A DNA stretch of 27,972 bases from an uncultured archaeon (GCA_964610875.1 CAZSWP010000046.1:1-27972); one strand, 5' to 3'; positions 16,362-25,989 are shown, counted from the stretch's first letter. Notes: generated by a model from the sequence alone, not told the origin. Numbers and translations: made by a program.

Positions 16362-16646
16362 CTATTTTTTGCCTGTGGTACGTCGAAGTTCATCCTGTCT
16401 GATATGAACTCTTCCTGCATGTACAGCACAACTAACACAATAGTATGCAGTCATACGTTTCTTCTGAATGTATGAACCCTGTTGCTGCAGTTCTCGTGCA
16501 ATCTGTGGCTCTACGACTGAAACCCATTTTGTGTATTTCTTTACTTTATCCGCTGGTACTAAACGTCCACATCTCGAGCATTGTACAGAGCCCTTATTTC
16601 CAGAACCCCCTTTTGCTCGACCACCTGATTTTCTTTTCTTTGCCAA
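16362..16646 (-). CDS. rps26e: 30S ribosomal protein S26e (eS26)
   Basis: MAKKRKSGGRAKG, VQCSRCGRLVPADK, YCVSCAVH, VHIR: eS26 Zn-finger signature. Confidence 0.96.
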   Translation of the reverse strand: MAKKRKSGGRAKGGSGNKGSVQCSRCGRLVPADKVKKYTKWVSVVEPQIARELQQQGSYIQKKRMTAYYCVSCAVHAGRVHIRQDELRRTTGKK

Positions 16647-16757
16647 TTCTAGCTATCACCATATATTGATGGCCCCTTCTGCTGAAGTGAGAGCTTAAAT
16701 GTTTGTGGTTTTGTTTCACTTTTTTCTAATTCTAAACGTGATCTGTGTAACTTTGAT

Positions 16758-17141
16758 ATGTATATGAAAGTAAAAGATGTTGAGTTGAAATCTATTATGA
16801 AAGAGGGAAGAATCTATGACATTGATGAAAAGGAATTTGTGCGTATCCGAAGCGATGTAACAAAAGGAGTCTTTGGGAAACAGCTCATTCCTCCTAGCTT
16901 GTCGAATGTCCGTCTATCGATGACCTATGTAAAACCCGACGGTGAGTTCCCCCTTCATATTGATGATTATCACCACGTATTATACTTCCTCCAAGGTCGT
17001 GGTATTGGTTGGATTAATGAAAAGGAGTACGAAATCGTACCCGGACGTGTTGTAGAAATTCCTGCTGGTACCAAACATGGGTATAAAAACACATCACCGA
17101 AGGACTTGTTACTGATTACCGTGAATATTCTTACATTGTGA
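16758..17141 (+). CDS. cupin domain protein
   Basis: PLHIDDYHHVLYFLQGRG...IPAGTKHGYKN cupin motifs. Confidence 0.85.
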   Translation: MYMKVKDVELKSIMKEGRIYDIDEKEFVRIRSDVTKGVFGKQLIPPSLSNVRLSMTYVKPDGEFPLHIDDYHHVLYFLQGRGIGWINEKEYEIVPGRVVEIPAGTKHGYKNTSPKDLLLITVNILTL

Positions 17142-17296
17142 GTAATGAAGAAAAACCTGAGAAAGACTTGGGTGATGATGAAACCGATTCGTTATCTGAT
17201 GAAACAGATGAAATGACTTTAGGTAGCAAAAGAAGTGGCAGAAGAACCATTTTGCAGAGGGCTCGAAGTGATGATGAAGATGAATCCTCAGACTAG
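17138..17296 (+). CDS. small acidic protein (52 aa), not in ORF track
   Basis: GTG start overlaps the cupin TGA (GTGA); TAG overlaps the convergent gene's stop (CTAG). Sequence MSNEEKPEKDLGDDETDSLSDETDEMTLGSKRSGRRTILQRARSDDEDESSD. Confidence 0.45.
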   Translation: MSNEEKPEKDLGDDETDSLSDETDEMTLGSKRSGRRTILQRARSDDEDESSD

Positions 17297-17604
17297 GTCA
17301 TTTTCTCTACCTTGAATATCACTGGTCGTAGTCCATCACCACATGCACAATATGTTACATTCTTTTCAGGCCAATCCATGTCCTCAACAATATCAAATTT
17401 CGTCAATCTGTTGGTTAGATCTCTCCATGCTGTACCGCAAAACGCTTCTGGTTTTGTATAGATGTCCTTTGCGATGATTTCTTGTCCTTCCCTGAAAACG
17501 GGACAAATTGGTACTTTCTTTCCTGATGCTCTGATGACTTCATGACCAAGAACTTCTTTGGTAGAAAATACCTTGACAACTGTAAACTTGATTTTTTGAT
17601 GCAT
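17293..17604 (-). CDS. TIGR04076-family protein
   Basis: KFTVVKV...CPVFREGQE...PEAFCGTAWRDL...CACGDGLRPVIFKVE pattern. Confidence 0.8.
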   Translation of the reverse strand: MHQKIKFTVVKVFSTKEVLGHEVIRASGKKVPICPVFREGQEIIAKDIYTKPEAFCGTAWRDLTNRLTKFDIVEDMDWPEKNVTYCACGDGLRPVIFKVEKMT

Positions 17605-17750
17605 ATCACTGCCTCACTGATTTGTTAGAATGGTGATGCTTACAAAAAGAAGTCGTACGACGCAAAGCGTGTAGTCATATTGCGTTTATGTATGTCTTAA
17701 TTGAGTCCTCCCGGATTGATTTGAATTATTCTTAATCCGGAGATTCGCTC

Positions 17751-18359
17751 ATGACAAAAATTAAACTAAGTCCACATGAAGTCACCTTTTCTAAACCGAT
17801 TGTGCTTGTTGGTGCCAATATTGATGAACATGCTAACTTCATGAATGTCGCTTGGTTCAATAGACTAAACAGGACACGCAATCTATGGGGAGCGTGTATT
17901 GGGAAGACAAAACTGACATTGGAGGGAATAATTCAAAACAACACATTTAGCGTCAATTTACCTGATGTATCACAAGCTCAAATTGTAGATTATTGTGATC
18001 TACATTCAGGAAGAGATGTTGATAAAGCTGCACTTTTTGATGTATTTTATGGCAATCTCAAGACTGCTCCAATGATTCGTGAGTGTCCAGTTAATGCAGA
18101 GCTGAGTGTGTACAAAACATTAGAACTTCCAACACATACACTTGTAATTGGTGAAGTAAAGCACATCTATACTGAAGAACAGTCCGTGACGGAAGGAGAG
18201 GTAGATCAGAAGAAACTGAACCCGTTTGTCTTCACCCGCCCTCAACTGAAACCACGACTAGCTCGACTCAAACAGAAACTAGTAGTTCAACTAGCACCAC
18301 AGTTTCCACAACTACGGATGTTTCCATCACATTTCCAGATGCTTCTCAGTCGACTGTGA
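17751..18359 (+). CDS. flavin reductase / flavoredoxin family protein; native C-terminus replaced after ~18238
   Basis: PIVLVGA, NFMNVAW, FSVNLP, DYCDLHSGRDVDK, APMIRECPVNAE, HTLVIGEV. After LNPFVFT the sequence is out-of-frame read-through into an unrelated fragment. Confidence 0.8.
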   Translation: MTKIKLSPHEVTFSKPIVLVGANIDEHANFMNVAWFNRLNRTRNLWGACIGKTKLTLEGIIQNNTFSVNLPDVSQAQIVDYCDLHSGRDVDKAALFDVFYGNLKTAPMIRECPVNAELSVYKTLELPTHTLVIGEVKHIYTEEQSVTEGEVDQKKLNPFVFTRPQLKPRLARLKQKLVVQLAPQFPQLRMFPSHFQMLLSRL

Positions 18360-18460
18360 CAACTCAAGATGGCTATTCTATTGTTACTGTCATCATTCCA
18401 ATTGCTGGTGTAGTAGATCTGACCTTTCTTATTCTTACATGGTACTTCCGATTCAAATGA
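18239..18460 (+). pseudogene. orphan 3' end of a cell-surface protein (Thr/Ser-rich linker and TM anchor)
   Basis: Frame 18239-18460 reads PSTETTTSSTQTETSSSTSTTVSTTT...SIVTVIIPIAGVVDLTFLILTWYFRFK*. Confidence 0.7.
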
Positions 18461-18475
18461 CGTAGTTGATATGGT

Positions 18476-19219
18476 TCATAATCTGTCAAATGTAAACTTA
18501 AGCTTCTCACCATTTCGTCCAATGAATATAACAAAATCAGAATTATTTCTTTTAATTCCTAGCCCCCCAAGATAGGGCTCTCTATGACCAATCTCAAGAG
18601 GTTCTTCATAGATGGTCCGTTTCAAACACATCATTGCTAGGTCGTGTGTGATGTGGAGATGTATTTGAGGTTCGGCTGTTTCCTTCAATCTACCAAATAT
18701 ATCATTTAACAAACGTGGTATATATTCTTCAAAGGGTTCCATCTTCTCTCCAAACATGTTCTTTGCCCAATTATTCACAAAATCAGTTACATTCTCGCCA
18801 TTCGGATGAAGATTGTTCCATACCTCTCTATCTACAACCTGAGGTCCAACAAGGGACGGCAATGGGTCAATATCGATGACTTCTCCATCGTTATCTGTGA
18901 TACCCTCGCAGATTGCCTCTGCTGTCTGAAAACATCTTGGGACGAAGCTTGTATACACACTGTACGGTCTATCGGTTGGTAATCGAGAACCCATTTCTCT
19001 TGATGTTTTCTTTCCTAAGTCTGTCAGTCCTCCACTTACCATTTCATCAATATCATTGATGACTTTTCTGTGAGAGTGTCGTATAATCAGCATAGCGGAA
19101 TCAGAAGGGTTGGTCTTATTGGTCCACTCAACGAGTCTTCTTCCGCTATGTAACCAATCAATCTGTTTCCAATCCAACATCGCACATACTCCAATAGAAA
19201 TATCCACAACTTGTGACAT
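18476..19219 (-). CDS. histidine phosphatase family protein
   Basis: LIIRHSHR, LTDLG, SFVPRCFQTA and HITHD motifs. The start may be the downstream MLDW. Confidence 0.85.
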   Translation of the reverse strand: MSQVVDISIGVCAMLDWKQIDWLHSGRRLVEWTNKTNPSDSAMLIIRHSHRKVINDIDEMVSGGLTDLGKKTSREMGSRLPTDRPYSVYTSFVPRCFQTAEAICEGITDNDGEVIDIDPLPSLVGPQVVDREVWNNLHPNGENVTDFVNNWAKNMFGEKMEPFEEYIPRLLNDIFGRLKETAEPQIHLHITHDLAMMCLKRTIYEEPLEIGHREPYLGGLGIKRNNSDFVIFIGRNGEKLKFTFDRL

Positions 19220-19309
19220 GAATAAATATACCTACAGGGATGCCAAATAGAACCTTATTTCCAATCAAAGTAAGATTGTTTATATCTAAATCTTCTATTA
19301 TTGCCAGTT

Positions 19310-19429
19310 GTGGGTGGTTATTTCAACACTATTGAAGACTCACTATCTACAATTGAGAATGCTGTTGTCTTAATTTCAGTTCTTTTAATCATAATTATTC
19401 TCCTCGCCTTTGGAGGTTGGTTTAGATAA
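19310..19429 (+). CDS. candidate small single-pass membrane protein (39 aa), not in ORF track
   Basis: GTG-start MGGYFNTIEDSLSTIENAVVLISVLLIIIILLAFGGWFR*; TATA-like TTTATAT about 25-30 nt upstream. Confidence 0.4.
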   Translation: MGGYFNTIEDSLSTIENAVVLISVLLIIIILLAFGGWFR

Positions 19430-19944
19430 TGTCTACTAAATAGTGTATAACTGAACAGAAAATTGATAGATTTCTCTACTATAACGAGTAGGAATTCAAT
19501 GCAGGCTTGCGCTAAAGATTTCCCTTTTCAACCACCAAAATGAATTTGATATCATGCTGGAATCTCTTAGATCCTATACATTGTGGGCAGATTCAATGAT
19601 TTGGAACACAGTTCAAACTCTATCTGATAATGGGTTTCGTGCCAATTTTGGTGAGAATTTAGGGCGCATAGAGAAGCGGTATGTCCACATGCAGCTGGAT
19701 TAAATAGGATGGCCAAAAAGTCTGTAAAGACTGAGGAAGGAATCAATGCATTGCATGCAATGCTCCGGGTATCCAGAAAAACCAAGACCATCCAAAAGCA
19801 ATCAAATAGAATAACAATAGATTTCTACTCTCAATATTCTCTGTCCTAATCATTGAATAATCACCACACGAATACAGGATAACTTGAAGGGAATACTTGA
19901 AAAAACTATTCCTGAAAACAAGAAATATCTCCGAGGTCTATCTC

Positions 19945-20634
19945 ATGAAACAGATCGATTTTCAATCCGTCTATTCAGAAATCGTTCATGTGTATGAAAA
20001 AGTGAACAAGCTCCTTACCTTGGGATTAGATACTGTTTGGAGGTATCAATTGAAAAGAATTATCCGCGAAACACCAGCTGATACTGTTTTGGATCTTTGT
20101 TGTGGCACTGGAATCACCACAAGGACTCTAAACAACATTCAGAATGATAGTAGAACAATCGGTCTAGATATGAATCAACCAGTATTGAAAGAAGCTAAAG
20201 CAAAGGATGGAAGCCAGACGATAGCCTTCATTCAATCATCTGCATCTGATTTACCTATGGTATCAGACTCAGTTGACCTTATCACCATTACATTTGCTTT
20301 GCGAAATCTGGATACTTGTCGAGTGCTTGAAGCGACGTTAAATGAGAGTAAGAGAGTATTGAAACCAGGTGGGGTTCTTGTTACTCTTGAAACAAGCAGG
20401 CCTCAAAATCAAATCCTCTACCAGTTATTACATAGCTATAGTCGACTTTCAGCAGGGTTTCTTGGTATGATATTCTCAAAGGAGTCCAATGCGTATTCCT
20501 ATCTTGGATCAAGTGTGGGCGCTTTTCATGATTGCCTCTCTCTTGCAAGAATGATTAAGGAATCTGGGTTCTGCAAAGTTGAACTCCTAGAACTCATGGG
20601 GGGCGTCGTTGCTATTCACCGAGCTATCGCATAA
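19945..20634 (+). CDS. UbiE/MenG-family quinone C-methyltransferase-like protein
   Basis: YEKVNKLLTLGLDTVWR, LDLCCGTG, ITFALRNL, RVLKPGG..LE, AYSYLGSSV, GGVVAIH. ATG 19945 after SD GAGGT. Confidence 0.85.
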   Translation: MKQIDFQSVYSEIVHVYEKVNKLLTLGLDTVWRYQLKRIIRETPADTVLDLCCGTGITTRTLNNIQNDSRTIGLDMNQPVLKEAKAKDGSQTIAFIQSSASDLPMVSDSVDLITITFALRNLDTCRVLEATLNESKRVLKPGGVLVTLETSRPQNQILYQLLHSYSRLSAGFLGMIFSKESNAYSYLGSSVGAFHDCLSLARMIKESGFCKVELLELMGGVVAIHRAIA

Positions 20635-20695
20635 CCTTTCATCGTCAACGCAATAGATTTATAAAATATTAACTATAGTTTATTACGTGATTTGA

Positions 20696-20989
20696 ATGTC
20701 TTTAGTGATGTTTTATCAGACAAAAGTAAAACCTGACTCGGTTGATAGACTCTCAGAGCTTAGAAGGAAGTTTGCCAAACTCTATGAGAAGTATGGTGTG
20801 GAAATCATTGGACACTGGCGTTCTGCAAATGACCCAGCAGAAAATTTCTATATGGCCAGGTATGAGAATGAGGAGGACTATACAAAGAAGGTCCTTAGGA
20901 TGCATGAGGACCAAGAATATAGAAAACTGTCAGCTCAGTTGAATGAGATCCGAATTGATTTTCAAGCAAAGAGATTGACTCCTGAATAG
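20696..20989 (+). CDS. NIPSNAP-family (dimeric alpha+beta barrel) protein
   Basis: YQTKVKP...LYEKYGVEIIGHW...FYMARYENEE...RLTP pattern; TATA-like TTTATAAA upstream. Confidence 0.7.
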   Translation: MSLVMFYQTKVKPDSVDRLSELRRKFAKLYEKYGVEIIGHWRSANDPAENFYMARYENEEDYTKKVLRMHEDQEYRKLSAQLNEIRIDFQAKRLTPE

Positions 20990-21091
20990 AATCTCTTACA
21001 AAATACAATCTCTATGGCGCAAGTACATTTCTTCATCATCGGAAAATGTCATAAGTGCTTGAATATCGTTGAAGAATGGGGAGCTTGGAAG

Positions 21092-21685
21092 ATGAATGAA
21101 CAAACCCGAAGAGCTAATCGATTCTCACACTCAGCAAGAAATAGTATTCTAGCATTGATTGGGTTTCTAACACCGATTGTGGCATTAGGAGCAATTGGTG
21201 AATGGGCTTACATACAAATCATGGGGTCATTTTGGTATTATTCTATTTGGGATATGAATTATGACCCCCAAGTAAATTTCATGATAAATCCTCTAATACT
21301 TCTTTCTTCGATTCCTTTCTGGCTTCCACGATTAGCTGGAGTCCTCATGTCAAATAGACTCTATAAAGGCAAGACAACTTCCAGAAGGGCGTTCACTTTC
21401 AGCATCATTGGAGAGTGTTGGATACTAGGATTGATGATTTTGTATTTGATAACAATGCTATTGTTTCCTTCTCCATACCAAATGATGTCTTTTCCAATTG
21501 CAGTTCCTTTTCCATTTGTCACGGTGACTGCAAGGGTCTTCACTAAGATCGATCCTCCTCAAGAAGGTAAAATGTGGATTGAGGATGAAGTTGAGTCCGA
21601 AGAATCTGGATATTGGTGGGAAGAGGAAGAGAAGAAAGAGGAAGAGGATACTATCCGTGTACCACGTCGAGAGAAATTGTGGTAG
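21092..21685 (+). CDS. multi-pass membrane protein with acidic Trp-containing C-tail, hypothetical
   Basis: About four hydrophobic segments and tail WIEDEVESEESGYWWEEEE. ATG 21092 chosen over 21014. Confidence 0.7.
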   Translation: MNEQTRRANRFSHSARNSILALIGFLTPIVALGAIGEWAYIQIMGSFWYYSIWDMNYDPQVNFMINPLILLSSIPFWLPRLAGVLMSNRLYKGKTTSRRAFTFSIIGECWILGLMILYLITMLLFPSPYQMMSFPIAVPFPFVTVTARVFTKIDPPQEGKMWIEDEVESEESGYWWEEEEKKEEEDTIRVPRREKLW

Positions 21686-21736
21686 AGTATCATTGTCATG
21701 AAACACTCATATCCTAGTACTATCTTTTCAGGAATT

Positions 21737-22543
21737 ATGTGTGACCTACTTGGTATGTCCTTTGAGAGAAGAATTAGTGCTAAGATAACACTTGATGTAT
21801 TCCAACTTAGAGGTGAACCAAATCCTGATGGCTGGGGCTTAGCTTTCTATGATAATGGACAACTACAAGTGATCAAAGAAGCTTGTCCTGCGACCAATAG
21901 TCCATTGTTTGATTTCATTGAACGTTACTCCGAATCTGAACTCTTTCTGTCTCATGTACGGCGTTCAACAATGGGAAATCGAAGTTACCTAAATACACAT
22001 CCCTTCTACAGAGCATTAGTGATTGGTAGAAGGTGTAGAGAGTGGGTATTTGCGCATAATGGAACCGTGTCTGACTTTAGAGACCTTCCTCTCACTGAGT
22101 ATCAACCGATTGGTGACACCGATTCCGAACACATATTCTGTCATATCTTGGGTGGAATTGCTCAATTATCTGATGATTTTTATACTGAAGATGGGTTCAA
22201 ATGCCTCCATAACCAAATCAAAGAGATAAATACAGCTGAAAGTACTATGAATCTCTTGTTTTCTGATGGTGAGTATCTTTTCTGCTACTCTGATGAGAAC
22301 GACCATAATGATGGACTTCGTGTTCTCAACCGTGCCACTGTATCTGAATTTATACGGCTTGGTGATGATAAACGCCAGTTGGGTTTAATTGATTTGAAAG
22401 GTGTAGATACCTCCGAACCATCAATATCTGGTTATATCGTTACAACGCGTCCCCAGACGAATTATGACTGGATTGATATTGATCCTGGTGAACTCTTGAT
22501 ATTTCGAAAAGGTAGTGTAGCATATTCTTCAGTGAAACACTGA
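21737..22543 (+). CDS. class II glutamine amidotransferase (YafJ/EgtC-like Ntn hydrolase)
   Basis: Start MCDLLG gives the N-terminal Cys nucleophile; NPDGWGLAFY, SHVRRST, NTHPF, FAHNG, GDTDSEH, NLLFSDG. Confidence 0.92.
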   Translation: MCDLLGMSFERRISAKITLDVFQLRGEPNPDGWGLAFYDNGQLQVIKEACPATNSPLFDFIERYSESELFLSHVRRSTMGNRSYLNTHPFYRALVIGRRCREWVFAHNGTVSDFRDLPLTEYQPIGDTDSEHIFCHILGGIAQLSDDFYTEDGFKCLHNQIKEINTAESTMNLLFSDGEYLFCYSDENDHNDGLRVLNRATVSEFIRLGDDKRQLGLIDLKGVDTSEPSISGYIVTTRPQTNYDWIDIDPGELLIFRKGSVAYSSVKH

Positions 22544-22558
22544 AAACAAAAGAAATCA

Positions 22559-22593
22559 TTTTGCAGAGAATTTTGGAAAACGCCTCTGCAAAA
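22559..22593. terminator. inverted repeat after the amidotransferase gene
   Basis: TTTTGCAGAG (22559-22568) / CTCTGCAAAA (22584-22593) between convergent reading frames. Confidence 0.45.
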
Positions 22594-22694
22594 ACTCTAT
22601 CTAAGTAAAGTTATTGTTAGCTAAAATATAGATGATGAGGAATATTATCAGAAAAACAAACCCTATCACAACTTGAATCAGTTTTCGTCGCAAT

Positions 22695-22975
22695 CTAATC
22701 CTCTACCTTTGTTCTATCTCCTTTCAAGATGTCACGTATCTCTCTTAACGTGATTAGGATTCCATCATCCAAGGAGTCAGGCATCATTGGTACTGGCTCT
22801 TCAACTCCTGGTATAATCTCGGTTGCTGTACCATAGGGGTGTCTGAGCACAAAATCCCGTATTTCTTCGTAGAATAGTATGCCTTCCAGTTTCTCTTCGG
22901 ATCCCTGTTGATTTGGACCAGGGAAACCAGCGGTTTCAATCTCTACATTTCCAATGCCAAATATTCTGTCAAGTG
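22695..22975 (-). pseudogene. C-terminal fragment of a bacterial-PH-domain (bPH_2/YdbS-like) membrane protein
   Basis: LDRIFGIGNVEIETAG...KLEGI..YEEIRDFVL and terminal ILITLREIRDILK. The TM N-terminus is absent. Confidence 0.65.
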
Positions 22976-23079
22976 TGAAATCTAATAATCTTCCAATACT
23001 ATCGTTAGACCCCGGTAATCTGGAGCCCTTCTTTTCTACAAACGGTAAGTTCTTCAAGACGTTGAATGCATCTTATGCT

Positions 23080-23544
23080 ATGCCTAACAATACTCCTCTC
23101 TCGGAATGGTTGTTTCTAGTAGGGAAATGGAAAGGCAGTTCCATTGACCATTCTAGAGAAAAGGTTGAAACCGTAAGTACAGTTTCATTTTCTACAGAAC
23201 TAGGTTCGAAATACATCATGGGGAAACACGATTTTTACAAAGAAGGAAAATTGGATAGAGCTGTTATCAGTGTGATGTTTTTTGATTCAAGAAATGAACG
23301 ATTTATTCGAAAGACATTTTCATCCCTTGGATATGTACATAATGAAGTAGAACATAATCGTACTAACAATGAGATATATTTTGATGTAAAACCAGAACCA
23401 ATCCCTCAACATTTTGAAGAACTACGCTTACGATCATATATACGTAAAGCTTCAGATGTTGAAATCTCTCTTGGACTATTAGCTGCAACAGAAGGGGAAG
23501 ATTTTGAAGTCTATTATGAAACAATCCTCGCGAAACAAACATAG
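23080..23544 (+). CDS. calycin-like beta-barrel protein (DUF1579/nitrobindin-like)
   Basis: LSEWLFLVGKWKG motif, GSKYI, FFDSRNERFIRKTFSSLG. Likely start ATG 23080. Confidence 0.6.
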   Translation: MPNNTPLSEWLFLVGKWKGSSIDHSREKVETVSTVSFSTELGSKYIMGKHDFYKEGKLDRAVISVMFFDSRNERFIRKTFSSLGYVHNEVEHNRTNNEIYFDVKPEPIPQHFEELRLRSYIRKASDVEISLGLLAATEGEDFEVYYETILAKQT

Positions 23545-23549
23545 TATGC

Positions 23550-24503
23550 TTATCTGAAGTAATCTTCTTGGTGTACTGGAACATACCATTCTTCTAGAGA
23601 AATCTGGGACTGTGTGTCTTCCACATCTTCATTTTCATATAGTCGACGAATGAACCTGTTGTATGATTCCACATCACAAGTCCTGACGGTGGCAAAGAGA
23701 CCGTAGTCCTCCCCAACTCTATGGAGGTCCCATACCTCATCCATCAGACTCATAGTCTTTGCAGCTTCAGCTACTCTTCCTGGTTTTGCTTTGACCTGTA
23801 AGAAGAACTTGATTGGTAAATTGATATGTTTGAAGTCAATGTCTATTGAGTAGCCTATCACAGTCTGATTTTCTTCGAGTCTTCTCATTGCTTTTGATAC
23901 AGCAGGCTGGCTCAGACTGGGTTGCATCCTTTCGCCAATCTCTCTCTGAGTTAAAGGCAATGGCCTCTCTGGGGTTGGTTGGTATCTTGCTAATACACCA
24001 ATCAGATTCCAATCTGTGTTAGATAGGTTACCCTCTCGTATCCCTCTTCGTTCAATCTCAAAACCCGCTGTTTTGTATGTGGTTAATACTTGCACAAGGT
24101 TGTATATTCGCGCACCTGAACCTGCAACTATTTTGTCAATCCTATCAAGAAATAGCTCAAATGCTCTTGAACTTCTAAATCTCAGAAGACCAAGTAATGA
24201 GTAGTTACCTGACACACCATCAAGCGACTCCAGCTCTGGCATATCAAGAAGTGATTCACTCACACCAAGTTCTCTGGGATTAGTCTTCAACAGGAGTATT
24301 GTATTTCTTTCTACATATACTTGGGATGGGTCAAGTATTGATGTATATGACCTGATTATACGCTTTTTCACGAGAGATTTGATAGTCCGGGCGACCCAGT
24401 TTCTACTCTTTCCTATCCTTTCTGCCAGTGTTACAATGCTGGTTCTTGCATCATGTTGTAACAATTTCAGTAGTTTCTTTTCAGATTCTCGAATCATTTG
24501 CAC
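23550..24503 (-). CDS. tandem (double) Lrp/AsnC-family transcriptional regulator
   Basis: Two HTH+RAM units: LLQHDARTSIVTLAERIGKSRNWVARTIKSL...VSGNYSL and LTQREIGERMQPSLSQPAVSKAMRRLEE...VGEDYGL. Confidence 0.88.
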   Translation of the reverse strand: MQMIRESEKKLLKLLQHDARTSIVTLAERIGKSRNWVARTIKSLVKKRIIRSYTSILDPSQVYVERNTILLLKTNPRELGVSESLLDMPELESLDGVSGNYSLLGLLRFRSSRAFELFLDRIDKIVAGSGARIYNLVQVLTTYKTAGFEIERRGIREGNLSNTDWNLIGVLARYQPTPERPLPLTQREIGERMQPSLSQPAVSKAMRRLEENQTVIGYSIDIDFKHINLPIKFFLQVKAKPGRVAEAAKTMSLMDEVWDLHRVGEDYGLFATVRTCDVESYNRFIRRLYENEDVEDTQSQISLEEWYVPVHQEDYFR

Positions 24504-24590
24504 TCACAGGGGAAAGAATTACGCATTATATTCTCAGATGCTATGTAGGATTCATATACTTTCCTCTTGTGACCAGATGTAGTGGTCAAA

Positions 24591-25850
24591 ATGACTGATT
24601 ATAAGATAAAAGACATTGGACTTGCTGAAGAAGGCAGGATGCTTATTGATTATGCAGAGAAGCACATGCCTGTTCTGATGCATCTTCGTGAGAAGTATTC
24701 AGAGAGCAAGCCATTGAAAGGAATGAGGATTGCGGGATGTCTTCACGTCACGAAAGAAACTGCTGTTCTTGTAGAAACCCTCCGTGCTGTTGGTGCTGAA
24801 GTTGCATGGTCTGGCTGCAACCCTCTCTCAACTAATGACAAGGTTGCCGCAGGACTTGCTGCAAATGATGTTCCCGTATTTGCCTGGCACGGTCTCAACA
24901 CTGAGGAGTATTACTGGTGTATAGAGCAGACCCTTAAAACCGAACCAACACTTACTCTTGATGATGGTGCAGATCTGATATTTACTCTTCATAACAAGCA
25001 TCAAGAATTGATACCAAATCTCTATGGAGGTTCTGAGGAAACTACTACTGGTGTTATTCGGGTTCGCGCGATGGCTGAAGATGGGGCTCTAAAGTATCCC
25101 ATCATGGCTGTGAATGATGCTGATACAAAACACATGTTCGACAATGTATATGGAACTGGGCAAAGTGTATTTGACGGTGTGATGCGCGCATCGGCTATCC
25201 TTATTGCAGGAAAGACGGTTGTCATAGGAGGATATGGATACTGTGGCCGAGGAATGGCTGAGCGTGCTCGAGGCCTAGGTGCAAATGTTATAGTCACAGA
25301 GGTTGAGCCAGTGCGAGGTCTCCAAGCCAGGATGGATGGATTTAGGGTCATGCCAATGGATGATGCAGCTCCTGAAGGCGATTTATTCCTTACCGCTACT
25401 GGTATGAAGGATGTCATCAGGGGCAAGCACTTCGATGTTATGAAAGATGGTGCTATGTTCGGGAATGCTGGTCATTACAATGTTGAGATTAATGAGCCTG
25501 AACTCATTGAGCGCACGAAAGGTGAGAAGAAAAGAGTCCGACCAGCTCTTGATGAATATCTTCAGAAGGATGGTCGTCGTTTGTACATGCTTGGTGAGGG
25601 TCGCCTTGTGAACCTTACAGCTGCTGAAGGGCACCCCTCTGAAGTTATGGACTTGTCATTTGCCGGACAGCTTAATGCTATGATATGGATGGCAAAGCAT
25701 GGAAAAGATATCAAACCAGCAGTCTATGAGTTCCCTGAAGAACTCGATAAACAGACTGCATTAGCAAAGCTTGAAACCATGGGCATCAAGATTGACAAGT
25801 GGACTCCTGAACAGGAAGCTTATGCCCGAGCTTATGCTGAAGGTACATAG
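24591..25850 (+). CDS. ahcY: adenosylhomocysteinase (SAH hydrolase)
   Basis: GCLHVT, SGCNPLST, DDGADL, EETTTG, NDADTKHMFDNVYGTGQS, GYGYCGRG, GRLVNL..AEGHP..VMD.SF. Short form without insertion. Confidence 0.98.
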   Translation: MTDYKIKDIGLAEEGRMLIDYAEKHMPVLMHLREKYSESKPLKGMRIAGCLHVTKETAVLVETLRAVGAEVAWSGCNPLSTNDKVAAGLAANDVPVFAWHGLNTEEYYWCIEQTLKTEPTLTLDDGADLIFTLHNKHQELIPNLYGGSEETTTGVIRVRAMAEDGALKYPIMAVNDADTKHMFDNVYGTGQSVFDGVMRASAILIAGKTVVIGGYGYCGRGMAERARGLGANVIVTEVEPVRGLQARMDGFRVMPMDDAAPEGDLFLTATGMKDVIRGKHFDVMKDGAMFGNAGHYNVEINEPELIERTKGEKKRVRPALDEYLQKDGRRLYMLGEGRLVNLTAAEGHPSEVMDLSFAGQLNAMIWMAKHGKDIKPAVYEFPEELDKQTALAKLETMGIKIDKWTPEQEAYARAYAEGT

Positions 25851-25864
25851 AAAGTCTATAGAAT

Positions 25865-25894
25865 GAAGGGTTCCTTCAGGGGAAGGAACCCTTC
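25865..25894 (+). terminator. hairpin downstream of ahcY
   Basis: Perfect 13-bp stem GAAGGGTTCCTTC / GAAGGAACCCTTC with 4-nt loop, followed by pyrimidine run. Confidence 0.7.
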
Positions 25895-25989
25895 TTCTTC
25901 ATTCTAAATCCAAGAAATAGAAGAGAAATCATCTTTTGAAGGCTGATACTAACATAGCATCTTCCAGTTATTCTGAAAACAAAAGAGTG

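Noticed and set aside
18230-18245. Programmed -1 frameshift producing a membrane-anchored flavin reductase
   Set aside because: No slippery heptamer, no signal peptide, and the conserved flavoredoxin C-terminus is missing. Deletion is the simpler explanation.
19567-19850. ORF 19567-19791 (-) and an open + strand stretch
   Set aside because: No recognisable family; may be decayed sequence.
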